Positions 38,805 through 48,186 of a stretch of DNA of 64,000 nucleotides are shown one piece after another. The notes beneath the pieces were generated by a model. It was not told the origin of the DNA, made no database searches, and saw nothing but the letters and a program-made list of their open reading frames with translations. How positions within the stretch are numbered: the first letter of the stretch is position 1; every line of letters begins with the position of its first letter. The stretch is from an uncultured Candidatus Saccharibacteria bacterium (GTDB lineage Bacteria; Patescibacteriota; Minisyncoccia; Phycocordibacterales; UBA9973): NCBI GenBank assembly GCA_964610995.1, contig CAZSWF010000002.1, forward strand, positions 6,338 through 70,337, read 5' to 3'. The position numbers and the translations under genes are program-made.

Positions 38805-39854
38805 ATGCAAATCATATTGATCATTATTGGGGTTGCTATCGGAGGCCTCGTCGTATACCTACTGACCCGCAAGTCTGCGGCACCTGCTCCCGATAACACT
38901 GGATTCTCCCTTCTCATGCAGCAAGTCGCCGACTTGCAAAAGGTAGTGGATCACAAGCTCTCACAGAGCGAACAGTCGATGCGCGAGAGTATGCGTGACC
39001 AGAGTACACAGAGCGCGCGCATCATTTCCGACATCACTGAGCGTCTCACCCGACTCGATGAGGGCAACAAACAGGTGCTCGGTTTTGCCGAAGGACTTGC
39101 ACAGCTCCAAGACATATTGAAAAATCCAAAACAACGCGGCGTGCTCGGTGAGTACTATCTCGAAACATTGCTCAAAAACATTTTGCCGCCGTCTGGATAC
39201 TCTATGCAGTACAGCTTCCCCGATGGCACGATCGTCGATGCAGCGGTCTTTGTCAAAGACAAGGTGATCCCTGTCGACTCCAAGTTCTCGCTCGAGAACT
39301 ACAACCGCATGACCGAGGAAAAAGAACCCGCCCGCAAACGGGATCTCGCAAAAATATTTGAAAATGATCTCAAGAACCGTATCGCCGAGACATCCAAATA
39401 CATTCAACCCGAGAACAACACGATGGACTTCGCATTTATGTTCATTCCACACGAAGCAATTTATTATGATCTGCTCGTTGGTACGGTCGGTGCAGGCGAA
39501 GAAGCTGAGAACTTGATCCAACGTGCGGCGTCCAAATACCGCGTGATCATCGTCTCGCCCACATCATTCCTTGCGTACCTGCAAACCGTACTTCAGGGAC
39601 TAAAGGCAATGCAAATCGAAGAAAGCGCCAAAGAAATCCGCAAGCGTGTCGACGAGCTCGGCCGACACTTGGCAAGCTATGAGGAATACCACAACAAGCT
39701 CGGCACTACACTCAAAACAGTGGTAAATCACTACAACAGTGCTTCCAAAGAGCTCAAAAAGGTAGACAAGGACGTTATGCGCATCGCCGGTACCGAGGCA
39801 GCACTCGAGCCACTGATCCTCGGAGAAAGTGAGGTAGAGCGAACGATAGAATAA
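38805..39854 (+). CDS. rmuC: DNA recombination protein RmuC
   Basis: N-terminal TM segment plus coiled coil, GVLGEYYLETLL, IVDAAVFVKDKVIPVDSKFSLENY and MDFAFMFIPHEA are RmuC family motifs. Confidence 0.8.
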   Translation: MQIILIIIGVAIGGLVVYLLTRKSAAPAPDNTGFSLLMQQVADLQKVVDHKLSQSEQSMRESMRDQSTQSARIISDITERLTRLDEGNKQVLGFAEGLAQLQDILKNPKQRGVLGEYYLETLLKNILPPSGYSMQYSFPDGTIVDAAVFVKDKVIPVDSKFSLENYNRMTEEKEPARKRDLAKIFENDLKNRIAETSKYIQPENNTMDFAFMFIPHEAIYYDLLVGTVGAGEEAENLIQRAASKYRVIIVSPTSFLAYLQTVLQGLKAMQIEESAKEIRKRVDELGRHLASYEEYHNKLGTTLKTVVNHYNSASKELKKVDKDVMRIAGTEAALEPLILGESEVERTIE

Positions 39855-39871
39855 GGGTATAGTAAAAAAAT

Positions 39872-39970
39872 AAAAGAGCTTTTGGAGTCGCGTAATTTTC
39901 TGCTGAAAATTCGCTGATACTCGGACCAGTCGTCCTGCGTAACACTCCAAAAGCTCTTTTATTTTTACTT
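39872..39970. terminator. long bidirectional stem-loop terminator with structured loop
   Basis: A perfect 17-bp stem AAAAGAGCTTTTGGAGT / ACTCCAAAAGCTCTTTT encloses a loop of about 55 nt that itself contains small hairpins. It is flanked by A-run and T-run and sits between convergent genes. Confidence 0.55.
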
Positions 39971-40729
39971 ACTAAACAATTCCGGATTTGCAATAGACTT
40001 AAACGCTGAGGTCGGCACGAGTATGCTCTGTGTACCTGCTGAGTATGGCGCTACTTGATACGGATCAAATATAAAGGTTACGCCGTTGTCGATAATAACG
40101 AAGTTTTGATAGTTGTCGATGATCGGTCGAGTACCTTCGGTGATCCATGATGCGTCACTGACATTTTTCTTGACTAGTTCTCGCTCCACAAATGTTGCAA
40201 CAGTTTCGAGCCCTTTGGCGCCGTTGGTAAAGAGTTTCTCGAGTGTGATCACTTCCCCTTTTTCATTAAATGCGTACGTGCGAGTCGCCTGCAGGCCATG
40301 TGCACCTCCGGTGTATGACGCGATCGTAAACACGTATGTGTTGGCTCGAGTCGCTATCGTTTCTTGGTAGGTAATATCGAGCGACAGCACGCCACGCGAA
40401 CTACTATCGATCGATGGATCCATCACCCACGATGTGTCTTCTATGAACTGTGCGATCTGTCCTTCGACAAACGACTTGAGCATATCGCTCGTGCGTGCAT
40501 CACGAGTCACAGGGTACTCGGCTTCTATTGCATAGTACTGATTATCCTGACGGAGTACTTCTTTGCGCACCTCAAGAGATGGCCAACTGATCACTTGATC
40601 ACTTGATGGTGGTACTGCTGCTGGATCTGGTGTGTGGTTTTTGCCCACCATGACCAGCCACACAATAAATGCTATACCAATGATGGTAATAAGTATGCTG
40701 CCTACTGATAGTTTGTGTGTTGTTTCCAT
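39965..40729 (-). CDS. DUF3298/DUF4163 (RsiV-like) domain protein, membrane anchored
   Basis: N-terminal TM segment. IASYTGGAHGLQATRTYAFNEKGEVITLEKLF is the DUF3298 signature. Confidence 0.7.
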   Translation of the reverse strand: METTHKLSVGSILITIIGIAFIVWLVMVGKNHTPDPAAVPPSSDQVISWPSLEVRKEVLRQDNQYYAIEAEYPVTRDARTSDMLKSFVEGQIAQFIEDTSWVMDPSIDSSSRGVLSLDITYQETIATRANTYVFTIASYTGGAHGLQATRTYAFNEKGEVITLEKLFTNGAKGLETVATFVERELVKKNVSDASWITEGTRPIIDNYQNFVIIDNGVTFIFDPYQVAPYSAGTQSILVPTSAFKSIANPELFSK

Positions 40730-40735
40730 AAAGCG

Positions 40736-41206
40736 TTAAAGAGTGATTTGTACTTCGAGTGCGTCGTCAAACTGTGGCTCACCGCTTGCATTGTTCTTTT
40801 TCAATATCAAGAACCCGCGACGATACGGTGTCTCGGCTGGCAGTGTGTACTCGATGCTCGCGGTAAACGGTACGTACTCAGTCGTCATCCATTCCCCTTG
40901 CGCGGTCGCATAACCTTCGGCAATGATAAGTCCATCCCAGTTTGTAAGAATAATAGGAAATGATCCCTCAAAGAACCAGTTGCCGCGAGCCTTGCCCCGG
41001 ATCGCTATCGGAGACCCTACGGTCGCCTGTGGACGCGGAGTCTCGAGGATGATCATGTCACCCTTTTGTGCAGGAGGTGCTTCGGGAGCAAGGGTAGGCT
41101 GTGGTAATGGCTGTATCACCACTGGTGCACTCGCATCTCGCAACAGTGCCCAAAATACGGCTGCGAAGCCTATGATCAGTACTAGTACCAAATATCGTTT
41201 TTTCAT
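40736..41206 (-). CDS. Gmad2 immunoglobulin-like domain protein
   Basis: Signal peptide. IRGKARGNWFFEGSFPIILTNWDGLIIAEGYATAQGEWMTTEYVPFTASIEY matches the Gmad2 family, which often partners DUF3298. Confidence 0.7.
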   Translation of the reverse strand: MKKRYLVLVLIIGFAAVFWALLRDASAPVVIQPLPQPTLAPEAPPAQKGDMIILETPRPQATVGSPIAIRGKARGNWFFEGSFPIILTNWDGLIIAEGYATAQGEWMTTEYVPFTASIEYTLPAETPYRRGFLILKKNNASGEPQFDDALEVQITL

Positions 41207-41270
41207 ACCCTTGAATTATACACCTCTCTCGGATATAGTATGCAAGCACTTACACATGTCGCCACACACT

Positions 41271-41342
41271 GGCCCTATCGTCTATCGGTTAGGACGAAAG
41301 CTTCTCAAGCTTTAAAGCCGGGTTCGATTCCCGGTAGGGTCA
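41271..41342 (+). tRNA. tRNA-Glu (anticodon CTC)
   Basis: Manual fold: acceptor GGCCCTA/TAGGGTC (one G-U), D-arm GTCT-ATCGGTTA-GGAC, anticodon stem AAAGC/GCTTT with loop TTCTCAA (CTC), T-arm CCGGG-TTCGATT-CCCGG, discriminator A. Confidence 0.75.
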
Positions 41343-41458
41343 CAGATTTTAAATACTTATTTATCAAGTTATTTTAAGACACCCGAATACATGTTCGGAA
41401 CTTTGTAATAAAAAACCACCCTTTTCCAAGAGCGGTTTCTCGTTTTTACTTGTTTTGA

Positions 41459-42475
41459 TTACAACGATTTTTCAAGTTCGATGAGCTTTTTAACTCCATT
41501 ATAAAGTTGCTCATAAATCTCACGTTCAGTTACCCCTAAACGACGTTTGTTGGAAATGTCGTAAATACCATCTGAAGACTCAGAATGCTCTCCGTGTACT
41601 CCACGGATCGAAAGTCCTAAATCTTTGCATACTTCATTGAAGTTACCCGAAGCAGAAAGCTTAGGAATTCTGATATGCACAGACGCGCGCATTGCTGTTC
41701 CAAGATTGGTTGGGCAAGTTGTGTGGTAGCCACGAACATCATCAAATGCGAAGTTAATCTTTTCATTGATGAAGTTGAGCGCAGTTGCGAGCCGTGTAAA
41801 GACTTCGGCAATGTCAGCTCCTGGCTGCATGCTAATGATGCGCATACTATCTTCTTCTGAAACCCATACAAGGAATTTCTTGTCATCAGAAAAGAAAATG
41901 CCGCGGTTCTTTGGCCAGTCACGGTTTACACCTGCACTTTCCAAGAAACGGTCACCCTGTTTGAACAAGAAGTGATCTTCCACCATTTTTGCACGAACTT
42001 CTTCACTCATGCCATCAAGGGGGAAATATTCACCCTTCAATGCTCCGGGAAGCTGTTTTAATGCTTCAATAATTTCAGACTCCATAGCAGCTCGATCTTC
42101 GCTGGAAATAGCTGAAGGAAATGCGTACTTCGCAAAATTGCGACCAACACGGATACGGGTGGATACCACATAATTACCCTCAGGATCCAAATTTTCAACA
42201 GGAAGCCCAGTGAGCGAAAAATCACTTTTGTGACCGCTCATATCATAATGGTGGTATTCCTTGATAATTGGATCAAGAAGTGGCGAAAGCATGGTATAGG
42301 ACTCAGGATCACCTGCGTAGATGCCAATACTCGAATCTGGATTATCAATACCAGATTGAATTGCTTTTTGTAGTGTCCAGCCATGTGGTGTTACTACGTT
42401 TTCTAACTGCATTTTCACTACTTCACTGTAGTGTTTTTTCATTAACATGTCGGGGTTTGTTGTAATTTCTGTCAT
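41459..42475 (-). CDS. arginine kinase (eukaryote-type phosphagen kinase)
   Basis: CPTNLGTAMRASVHI active-site signature. GIYAGDPESY...LDPIIKEYH, FLFKQGDRFLESAG...RGIFFSDDKKFLVWVSEEDSMRIISMQ and RGVHGEHSES...DISNKRRLG closely parallel invertebrate arginine kinases, not McsB. Confidence 0.85.
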   Translation of the reverse strand: MTEITTNPDMLMKKHYSEVVKMQLENVVTPHGWTLQKAIQSGIDNPDSSIGIYAGDPESYTMLSPLLDPIIKEYHHYDMSGHKSDFSLTGLPVENLDPEGNYVVSTRIRVGRNFAKYAFPSAISSEDRAAMESEIIEALKQLPGALKGEYFPLDGMSEEVRAKMVEDHFLFKQGDRFLESAGVNRDWPKNRGIFFSDDKKFLVWVSEEDSMRIISMQPGADIAEVFTRLATALNFINEKINFAFDDVRGYHTTCPTNLGTAMRASVHIRIPKLSASGNFNEVCKDLGLSIRGVHGEHSESSDGIYDISNKRRLGVTEREIYEQLYNGVKKLIELEKSL

Positions 42476-42544
42476 AAGAACAATAGTTTACTGTGAATTT
42501 TTAAATAATACTATCTTATAAGGCTTTTTTGTCAATTACACAAC

Positions 42545-42571
42545 AAACCCCCGTTTTGTGAACGGGGGTTT
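42545..42571. terminator. GC hairpin (terminator-like)
   Basis: AAACCCCCGTT-ttgtg-AACGGGGGTTT, lying downstream of the minus-strand ORF 42578-42895. Confidence 0.5.
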
Positions 42572-42577
42572 CATGAT

Positions 42578-42895
42578 TTAGGGTTTCTTTTTTCTGAGAT
42601 CGTAATAATTACTAATTTTAATGAACTCTATTTCTCCCTCCCAGTCCATATTTTTCAAAATCTCATGTACTTTGTGAACAATAACGTATTCACTACTAAA
42701 AAGACGAAGAAATGGTCGATCATCTTTTTGTGTACCCACAACCTTTGCGGTGATTTCAGAAAAAGTAAGATTTTTGTAATCATCTGGAGAAAGAATCTTT
42801 TCGAGCTTCTCCGATAGTTGATCTTTCAATTTCATAAATTCGGAATGAACATACCCATGAAATTCAATCAATGGGGAGTAACTGTTTTTCTGCAT
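42578..42895 (-). CDS. hypothetical small protein
   Basis: 105-aa ORF flanked on both sides by similar G5/C5 hairpins. Confidence 0.4.
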   Translation of the reverse strand: MQKNSYSPLIEFHGYVHSEFMKLKDQLSEKLEKILSPDDYKNLTFSEITAKVVGTQKDDRPFLRLFSSEYVIVHKVHEILKNMDWEGEIEFIKISNYYDLRKKKP

Positions 42896-42968
42896 AGTTT
42901 AATTTTCATAGAACTATAGTGCTTTTTGCACTAATGTCAAATAACACGTTCTACTGACTAGATAAAAC

Positions 42969-42993
42969 AAAACCCCCTGTATAAGGGGGTTTT
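42969..42993 (-). terminator. rho-independent terminator for the upstream minus-strand gene
   Basis: AAAACCCCC-tgtata-GGGGGTTTT. On the minus strand it is followed by GTTTTATC. Confidence 0.6.
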
Positions 42994-43012
42994 AAATGAT
43001 AGAAACAATGTA

Positions 43013-43420
43013 TTACATTGCTTCTGCATAGGTAGGTTGCAACGGCTTTTTTTCTTTGGGGTTCAAAGTATGCAGTACGCCAGGCTTGGGTTGATCGATC
43101 AATCGTTCGATTTTTTGCTCAAGCATTTTTACATCAGCAAACATGAACTTTTGTCTTTTGGCATACTTGTGCAGTTCGTCGCGCAGTTGTACCGACTGTC
43201 TTTTGTGCTCTGACATATCAGCAAGTACAAATGCAGTAACCATTCGTTCCTTTTTCGCAGTGATTGCAATATCAATAATCATTGCTGTAAAAACACATAC
43301 GATGCAGGTCACAAAAATAGGACCATCGAGGCTCTGGTACGCGAGATATCCAGTCAACATACTTCCTACAGCCACCAGGGGTGTATGGAGGGCAAGCAAT
43401 CGAAAGATTCTTTTTTTCAT
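43013..43420 (-). CDS. hypothetical small membrane protein
   Basis: 135 aa with two N-terminal TM helices and a charged C-terminus. Confidence 0.4.
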   Translation of the reverse strand: MKKRIFRLLALHTPLVAVGSMLTGYLAYQSLDGPIFVTCIVCVFTAMIIDIAITAKKERMVTAFVLADMSEHKRQSVQLRDELHKYAKRQKFMFADVKMLEQKIERLIDQPKPGVLHTLNPKEKKPLQPTYAEAM

Positions 43421-43545
43421 AATTTCAAATAAGGGGTTTAAGGTTTGTTTTCTCTATAATATCATACTATACACATATGTCAAGTATCCCCTCCCCGACC
43501 TTTTGACAATGGCTCAAAATCAAGTACAGTAAAGAAAAAAAGCTC

Positions 43546-44007
43546 ATGGAAAATCAAATAGAAAAACCTGTATACGAAACAGAGTCTGCTATTCTTTCTT
43601 TTTCAGGAAGTGGCAACTTTTTCCTTTGTGATGACTATGCTGCACCAATCAAAGTAGGTAGTACGGTGTACCCATCGGTACGTGCTGCGGTGGTTGCTCA
43701 CAAAACTAAAAATCACCGTATAAAAGCAAAGATTCGCAACGCAATGACTGCTATGAATCTCAAAGAAATAGAACGAAGTATCCCTGCCCCCTCACACTGG
43801 ACCAAAGAGTACATCATTGGCAAAATGACTGAGCTTACGATGCAAAAGTTTCTCAAACACCCAGAACTTAAAAAACGATTTCTCGCTACAAAACCAAAGT
43901 GGCTAACAAACCAAACCGAACCGACACTTCAACGATTGGAGATCGACGAAGTATGCGACGAACAAACATATGCAGACATCCTGATGAATGTTCGTGAACA
44001 ACTGTAA
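43546..44007 (+). CDS. NADAR/YbiA-like (DUF1768) domain protein
   Basis: FLCDDYAAPIKVGSTVYPSVRAAVVAHKTKN...HWTKEYIIGKMTELTMQKFLKHPELKKRFLAT is consistent with the NADAR N-glycosidase family. Confidence is moderate. Confidence 0.5.
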   Translation: MENQIEKPVYETESAILSFSGSGNFFLCDDYAAPIKVGSTVYPSVRAAVVAHKTKNHRIKAKIRNAMTAMNLKEIERSIPAPSHWTKEYIIGKMTELTMQKFLKHPELKKRFLATKPKWLTNQTEPTLQRLEIDEVCDEQTYADILMNVREQL

Positions 44008-44011
44008 GTAA

Positions 44012-44039
44012 AACCGCCTTTCGGCGGTTTCTTTTTTAT
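44012..44039. terminator. bidirectional rho-independent terminator
   Basis: AAACCGCC-tttc-GGCGGTTT followed by CTTTTTTAT. It lies between convergent genes. Confidence 0.7.
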
Positions 44040-44713
44040 ACGATATCTGCTTGTTTGGCTTCGATGGGAGTCTCGGCTATCGGCTCGATAGTGATCGCGC
44101 CTCCGTCACGACGTGTGAGTGTACGGTAGAGGTATGCGAGGAGAAGTGTCGCAACTGGGTATGTGACGATGATACCAATACCAAACAGTAGCATCCCCAC
44201 TATCGCCAAACACACCACGACCAATATGGTCAACAGTACCGTCCAAAACACATCTCGGGTGACGAGTCTCCATGAGTCCTTGATTGCAGCGATTGCGCGG
44301 CCTTTGTTGTCGATGAGTGAGAGCTGTGAGAACGCCAAGCGTGTCATGAAATAAATACCAGGAATGATGAGAAGGATAAATCCACCAAGCACCATCAGTG
44401 CGGTCAGGATCGCCACCTCGACGAGGAGGATGAACTGCCGCAGTGTGGGCAAGTGCTTGCCGAGTGCACGAAACGACAGCAGGTCATGCTTGGCATCCAC
44501 CGCAGCGAGCGACACCGAGAGCCATATGTACGAAAAGATAAGCGACAAGATCATCGCAAATATTTGCAAGAGTACGTGTTGGTCGCCAAGCTCTCCGGGA
44601 GCACTGAGCACAATGAGTATGAGCGTCATGCCCATGTAGAACCATGGTCGCTCTCTAAATAGGCCCCAACAAGTGCGGAGCGCTGCTTTGATCGAAAAGG
44701 TGAATGTAGTCAT
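44036..44713 (-). CDS. hypothetical polytopic membrane protein
   Basis: 225 aa with about 5 TM segments and no diagnostic motif. Confidence 0.45.
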   Translation of the reverse strand: MTTFTFSIKAALRTCWGLFRERPWFYMGMTLILIVLSAPGELGDQHVLLQIFAMILSLIFSYIWLSVSLAAVDAKHDLLSFRALGKHLPTLRQFILLVEVAILTALMVLGGFILLIIPGIYFMTRLAFSQLSLIDNKGRAIAAIKDSWRLVTRDVFWTVLLTILVVVCLAIVGMLLFGIGIIVTYPVATLLLAYLYRTLTRRDGGAITIEPIAETPIEAKQADIV

Positions 44714-44718
44714 AGATG

Positions 44719-46437
44719 TTAGCGGTCGGGTGGTATTTCGTAATAGTTACCAAGGAATTGTACCATATCAAAGAATGGATCACCCAGTGTTTGTATAGCA
44801 AAGAGAGCTTCTTTGGGGTACACATTGAAAAGGTAGAGCACGTAGCGTGGCTGTGATGCCGGGAAAAATCCGATGATCGAGTGCAAGTTGCGATCAGTAT
44901 AGTATCCAGTACCATCAGGGCGTGCGATCTGTGCGGTCCCCGTCTTTGCGGCGACACTGTAATGTGGTAGTCCTCGGTCGTAGCCATCGTCAACGACACG
45001 TATCAACATAGCCTTGATTGTGGTGAGCGTCTCAGGTTTGAGTAGTTGTTTGGTTGATTGTTCGGGTTCTATGGTGCGTTCGTACCCGCTTTGCTCTATG
45101 ACCGAGGTCGCGACGTGTGGAGTGACGAGCACCCCACCGTTGGCCAGTACTGCAAATCCGCGCACGATGTTGATCGGACTGGTCGCGATACCTTGCCCAA
45201 ACGATGCTGCTGCGAAGTTGATGTCGTTGTTGTCTTTGAGACTTCCTACTGCGCCGTTGACCTCTCCAGGCAGATCCACCCCTGTCTTGTCTCCAAGCTG
45301 ATAGCGATCGACGAGATATTCCCGAAATGCATTTCTCCCCATTTTTTGCTCGGCAAATATCATACCCGTGTTGAGTGACTCACTGAGCACCTGCTGCATG
45401 GTCACACCTTGACCACGACCTTTTTTGTCGAAGTTGTTGAGTGTCTTGCCATCGATCGTGACCGAACCTGTGTCGTTGTATGAGGTTGTAGGTGTAACTG
45501 CGCCTACATCGATCGCTGCAGCCATCACAAGCGGTTTGACGATGGATCCCATTTCATAGCGACCTTGCACGACAGGGTTTGTATACAAACTCGGATTTTT
45601 CACTGATCCGTACGCGTTGAGGTCAAAGCCGGGTGCCCCTGCCATTGCCACGATTCTGCCCGTGTGTGGATCCATAACTACCCCACCGACCATTTCACTG
45701 CCCCACTTGTTCTGGATCGTGTTGACCGTCTGTTCGAGTTGTGACTGCACCGTCGGCTCGATCGAGGTGACAATATCTCCAGTTGCAGCAGTATTTTTAA
45801 ATACGCCTGATTTTACATTTGCAAATATTTCAGCAAAAAAGTTGGTATAAAATTTGGTGCCGGTACGAGAAAGTATCTCGTTGTAGTATTCTTCGAGACC
45901 GTAGCTACCTGAGAGTGTATCCTTTTTGTACGAGACAAATCCAATAAGCTTGGATGCGAGGTCATTCCCAGGATAAAAGCGCCATTTTTCTCGATGCAAT
46001 GACACTCCCGGCAATCCCAACTCAGTCAAGAGCGCTGCATCATCTTCTTTGATACGGTTTTCTATTTCTTCGTACGGATCATTTTTCTTGGCAGCTTTGG
46101 CTAGAAATGCATCGCGTTCTATAGGTACAATTGCATTGATGGATTCATAGGTACGCTCAGGATCTGTAACAAGGCTTGGGTTGATCGCAAGCTTAAATCC
46201 GCTAACAACAGTCGCTGCTGCTACTGTCGTCTGGTCTTTGGTCGTCATGTAAATGTTGCCTCGATCAAAGCTTGCATTGGTCGGAGTGACGTAGTTGCGT
46301 TGTGCTTTTTCTTTATACATCGTCGTATTGACGATTTGTAACGAAAAAAGACGCATAATCACGATTGCTCCAACAAAGACGACAGTGCCGATCAAAAATC
46401 GTATCCGTGAGCGATGTATCGTATTAGCGTCCGACAT
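44719..46437 (-). CDS. ftsI: class B penicillin-binding protein (division transpeptidase)
   Basis: MGSIVKP (SxxK), SESLNT (SxN) and AAKTGTAQ (KTG). It lies downstream of ftsL-rsmH-mraZ. The start is trimmed to MSDANT to limit overlap with ftsL. Confidence 0.8.
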   Translation of the reverse strand: MSDANTIHRSRIRFLIGTVVFVGAIVIMRLFSLQIVNTTMYKEKAQRNYVTPTNASFDRGNIYMTTKDQTTVAAATVVSGFKLAINPSLVTDPERTYESINAIVPIERDAFLAKAAKKNDPYEEIENRIKEDDAALLTELGLPGVSLHREKWRFYPGNDLASKLIGFVSYKKDTLSGSYGLEEYYNEILSRTGTKFYTNFFAEIFANVKSGVFKNTAATGDIVTSIEPTVQSQLEQTVNTIQNKWGSEMVGGVVMDPHTGRIVAMAGAPGFDLNAYGSVKNPSLYTNPVVQGRYEMGSIVKPLVMAAAIDVGAVTPTTSYNDTGSVTIDGKTLNNFDKKGRGQGVTMQQVLSESLNTGMIFAEQKMGRNAFREYLVDRYQLGDKTGVDLPGEVNGAVGSLKDNNDINFAAASFGQGIATSPINIVRGFAVLANGGVLVTPHVATSVIEQSGYERTIEPEQSTKQLLKPETLTTIKAMLIRVVDDGYDRGLPHYSVAAKTGTAQIARPDGTGYYTDRNLHSIIGFFPASQPRYVLYLFNVYPKEALFAIQTLGDPFFDMVQFLGNYYEIPPDR

Positions 46438-46756
46438 TCCAAGCAAAGGCACGCTGTGATGGTGCAAATGATATTGATGTAGGCTCGACAAACCCTTTTT
46501 CTCGAGCATAACTTTCAGTTAGTACTTTTTGTGCGGAGAGAAACTCGAGCTCCTCTGTGCCCATCGATGAAATGAGTGCACGAGTTTCTTGTTGGAGTTC
46601 TTTTTCTTTAACGACAGAAAATGTGATTGCTCCGACGAAATACACATACCCGACAAAGAGTACGCCAGCGGCGATCCAGGTGTAGAGTGTGATCGATCTC
46701 AACGTTTTGTTGATATCGAGTGCTGCGGTATGAGTATGTCGGAGTGTAGTGTTCAT
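46424..46756 (-). CDS. ftsL: cell division protein FtsL-like
   Basis: 110-aa bitopic protein with a single TM segment, located between rsmH and ftsI. Confidence 0.6.
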   Translation of the reverse strand: MNTTLRHTHTAALDINKTLRSITLYTWIAAGVLFVGYVYFVGAITFSVVKEKELQQETRALISSMGTEELEFLSAQKVLTESYAREKGFVEPTSISFAPSQRAFAWNVGR

Positions 46757-47625
46757 GCGAAAGTAGGTTTTTCTATAATGCGAAGTTTGGCGCTACGCGA
46801 TCGAGGGTTGGTTGATAATTCGAGAGTACTAGGAACAATAGGTTTTTTTGTGATAACGCGTTCATGCGATTTCATCCAGTGTTTTACGATACGATCTTCG
46901 AGACTATGAAAAGTGATAACGGCGATACGACCCCCTGGTGCCAGCGCATCCCACCATGAGGCAAGTGCGGTCTGGATGACGGCGAGTTCATCGTTGACCG
47001 CGATACGCAATGCTTGGAAGGTCTTGGTAGCAGGGTGAATCTTGCCGCGTCGTGGGACACGGGCGAGAATGATGTTGGCAAGTTGTGCAGATGTAGTGAT
47101 AGGTCCCTGCGCACGGGCGTCGACTATGGCTTTGGCTATTTTACGAGAGCCTCTATCCTCACCATACGCATAGATAATGTCGGCAATGGATTCTTCACCC
47201 CATTCGTTGACAATGTCCCATGCTGTAAATCCAGTGTGCGATCCAGCCACTGAAAACGTCATGGTAAGCGGTGTGTCAGACATAAATGAAAATCCTCTCG
47301 TGTCACCGAGCAACTGAAATGTGCTCGTCCCCAAATCGAGCAACACCTTGTCTACCTGCGACAGTCCTGCCTGCGCGAGGATAGTGTCTACATCTTTGAA
47401 GTTGGCATGGACAAAGGTTGCCCTCGATCCAATGCTTTCTGTGAAGCGCACTTGTGCTGCTTCGTCGAGGTCGACACATACAAGCGTGATACCAGGGTAT
47501 CGCTCGAGCATGGCAGTAGAGTGTCCTCCACCACCAAACGTGCCATCGACTACTCGATCACTATCCGACAGCGCGAGACCTTCTATGCTTTCTTCTAAAA
47601 GAACCGAGATATGGTGTGTCTGCAT
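46753..47625 (-). CDS. rsmH: 16S rRNA m4C1402 methyltransferase
   Basis: HISVLLEESIEGL..., VDGTFGGGGHS and DLGTSTFQL are MraW/RsmH motifs. The start is trimmed to the second Met, which abuts the mraZ stop. Confidence 0.85.
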   Translation of the reverse strand: MQTHHISVLLEESIEGLALSDSDRVVDGTFGGGGHSTAMLERYPGITLVCVDLDEAAQVRFTESIGSRATFVHANFKDVDTILAQAGLSQVDKVLLDLGTSTFQLLGDTRGFSFMSDTPLTMTFSVAGSHTGFTAWDIVNEWGEESIADIIYAYGEDRGSRKIAKAIVDARAQGPITTSAQLANIILARVPRRGKIHPATKTFQALRIAVNDELAVIQTALASWWDALAPGGRIAVITFHSLEDRIVKHWMKSHERVITKKPIVPSTLELSTNPRSRSAKLRIIEKPTFA

Positions 47626-47626
47626 A

Positions 47627-48061
47627 CTAGAGCACTCCGATCCCACCGAGTCTCTCTGCGAGCTCGTCTGCACGAGTCTCTACGGTGCGCTTGTATGTTT
47701 TCCAGGTGTCTTCGTCCCAGAGTTCGACACGTGTATGGACACCGACCACTGCTATCTTGCCACTGAGTCCTGCCCTATCCCGCAAGAAATCCGGGATAAG
47801 TATGCGTCCATTTTGATCGACCGAGACTTCGGTTGCACCTCCGAGGAGGTAGCGGTTGAAGCTACGGGTATCAGCTTGGAGCATTGAGCTCTCTGCGAGT
47901 TTGCTCGTGATACGTGCCCACTCTTTGGTTGTAAATACAAACAGACACTTGTCGAGCCCTGGGGTTACTACCACACTTTTGCCCATTTCCTTTCTGAACT
48001 TCACTGGAAATGAGAGCCGTTTTTTATCATCAATTGTGTGGATGTATTCGCCGATTAACAT
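47627..48061 (-). CDS. mraZ: transcriptional regulator MraZ
   Basis: Duplicated DxxxR motifs (IDDKKRLSFP, VDQNGRILIP) are typical of MraZ. Confidence 0.85.
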   Translation of the reverse strand: MLIGEYIHTIDDKKRLSFPVKFRKEMGKSVVVTPGLDKCLFVFTTKEWARITSKLAESSMLQADTRSFNRYLLGGATEVSVDQNGRILIPDFLRDRAGLSGKIAVVGVHTRVELWDEDTWKTYKRTVETRADELAERLGGIGVL

Positions 48062-48186
48062 GATTTCTTTACTTTACCACTATTTCCCACTTCGTTCCAT
48101 TATACTCCACTTCTTTCCACAAGCGCAAACATCGTATGTGTGGATAACAAAATCCCCCAGTATCCTGGGGGTTTCAATACTAGTAT

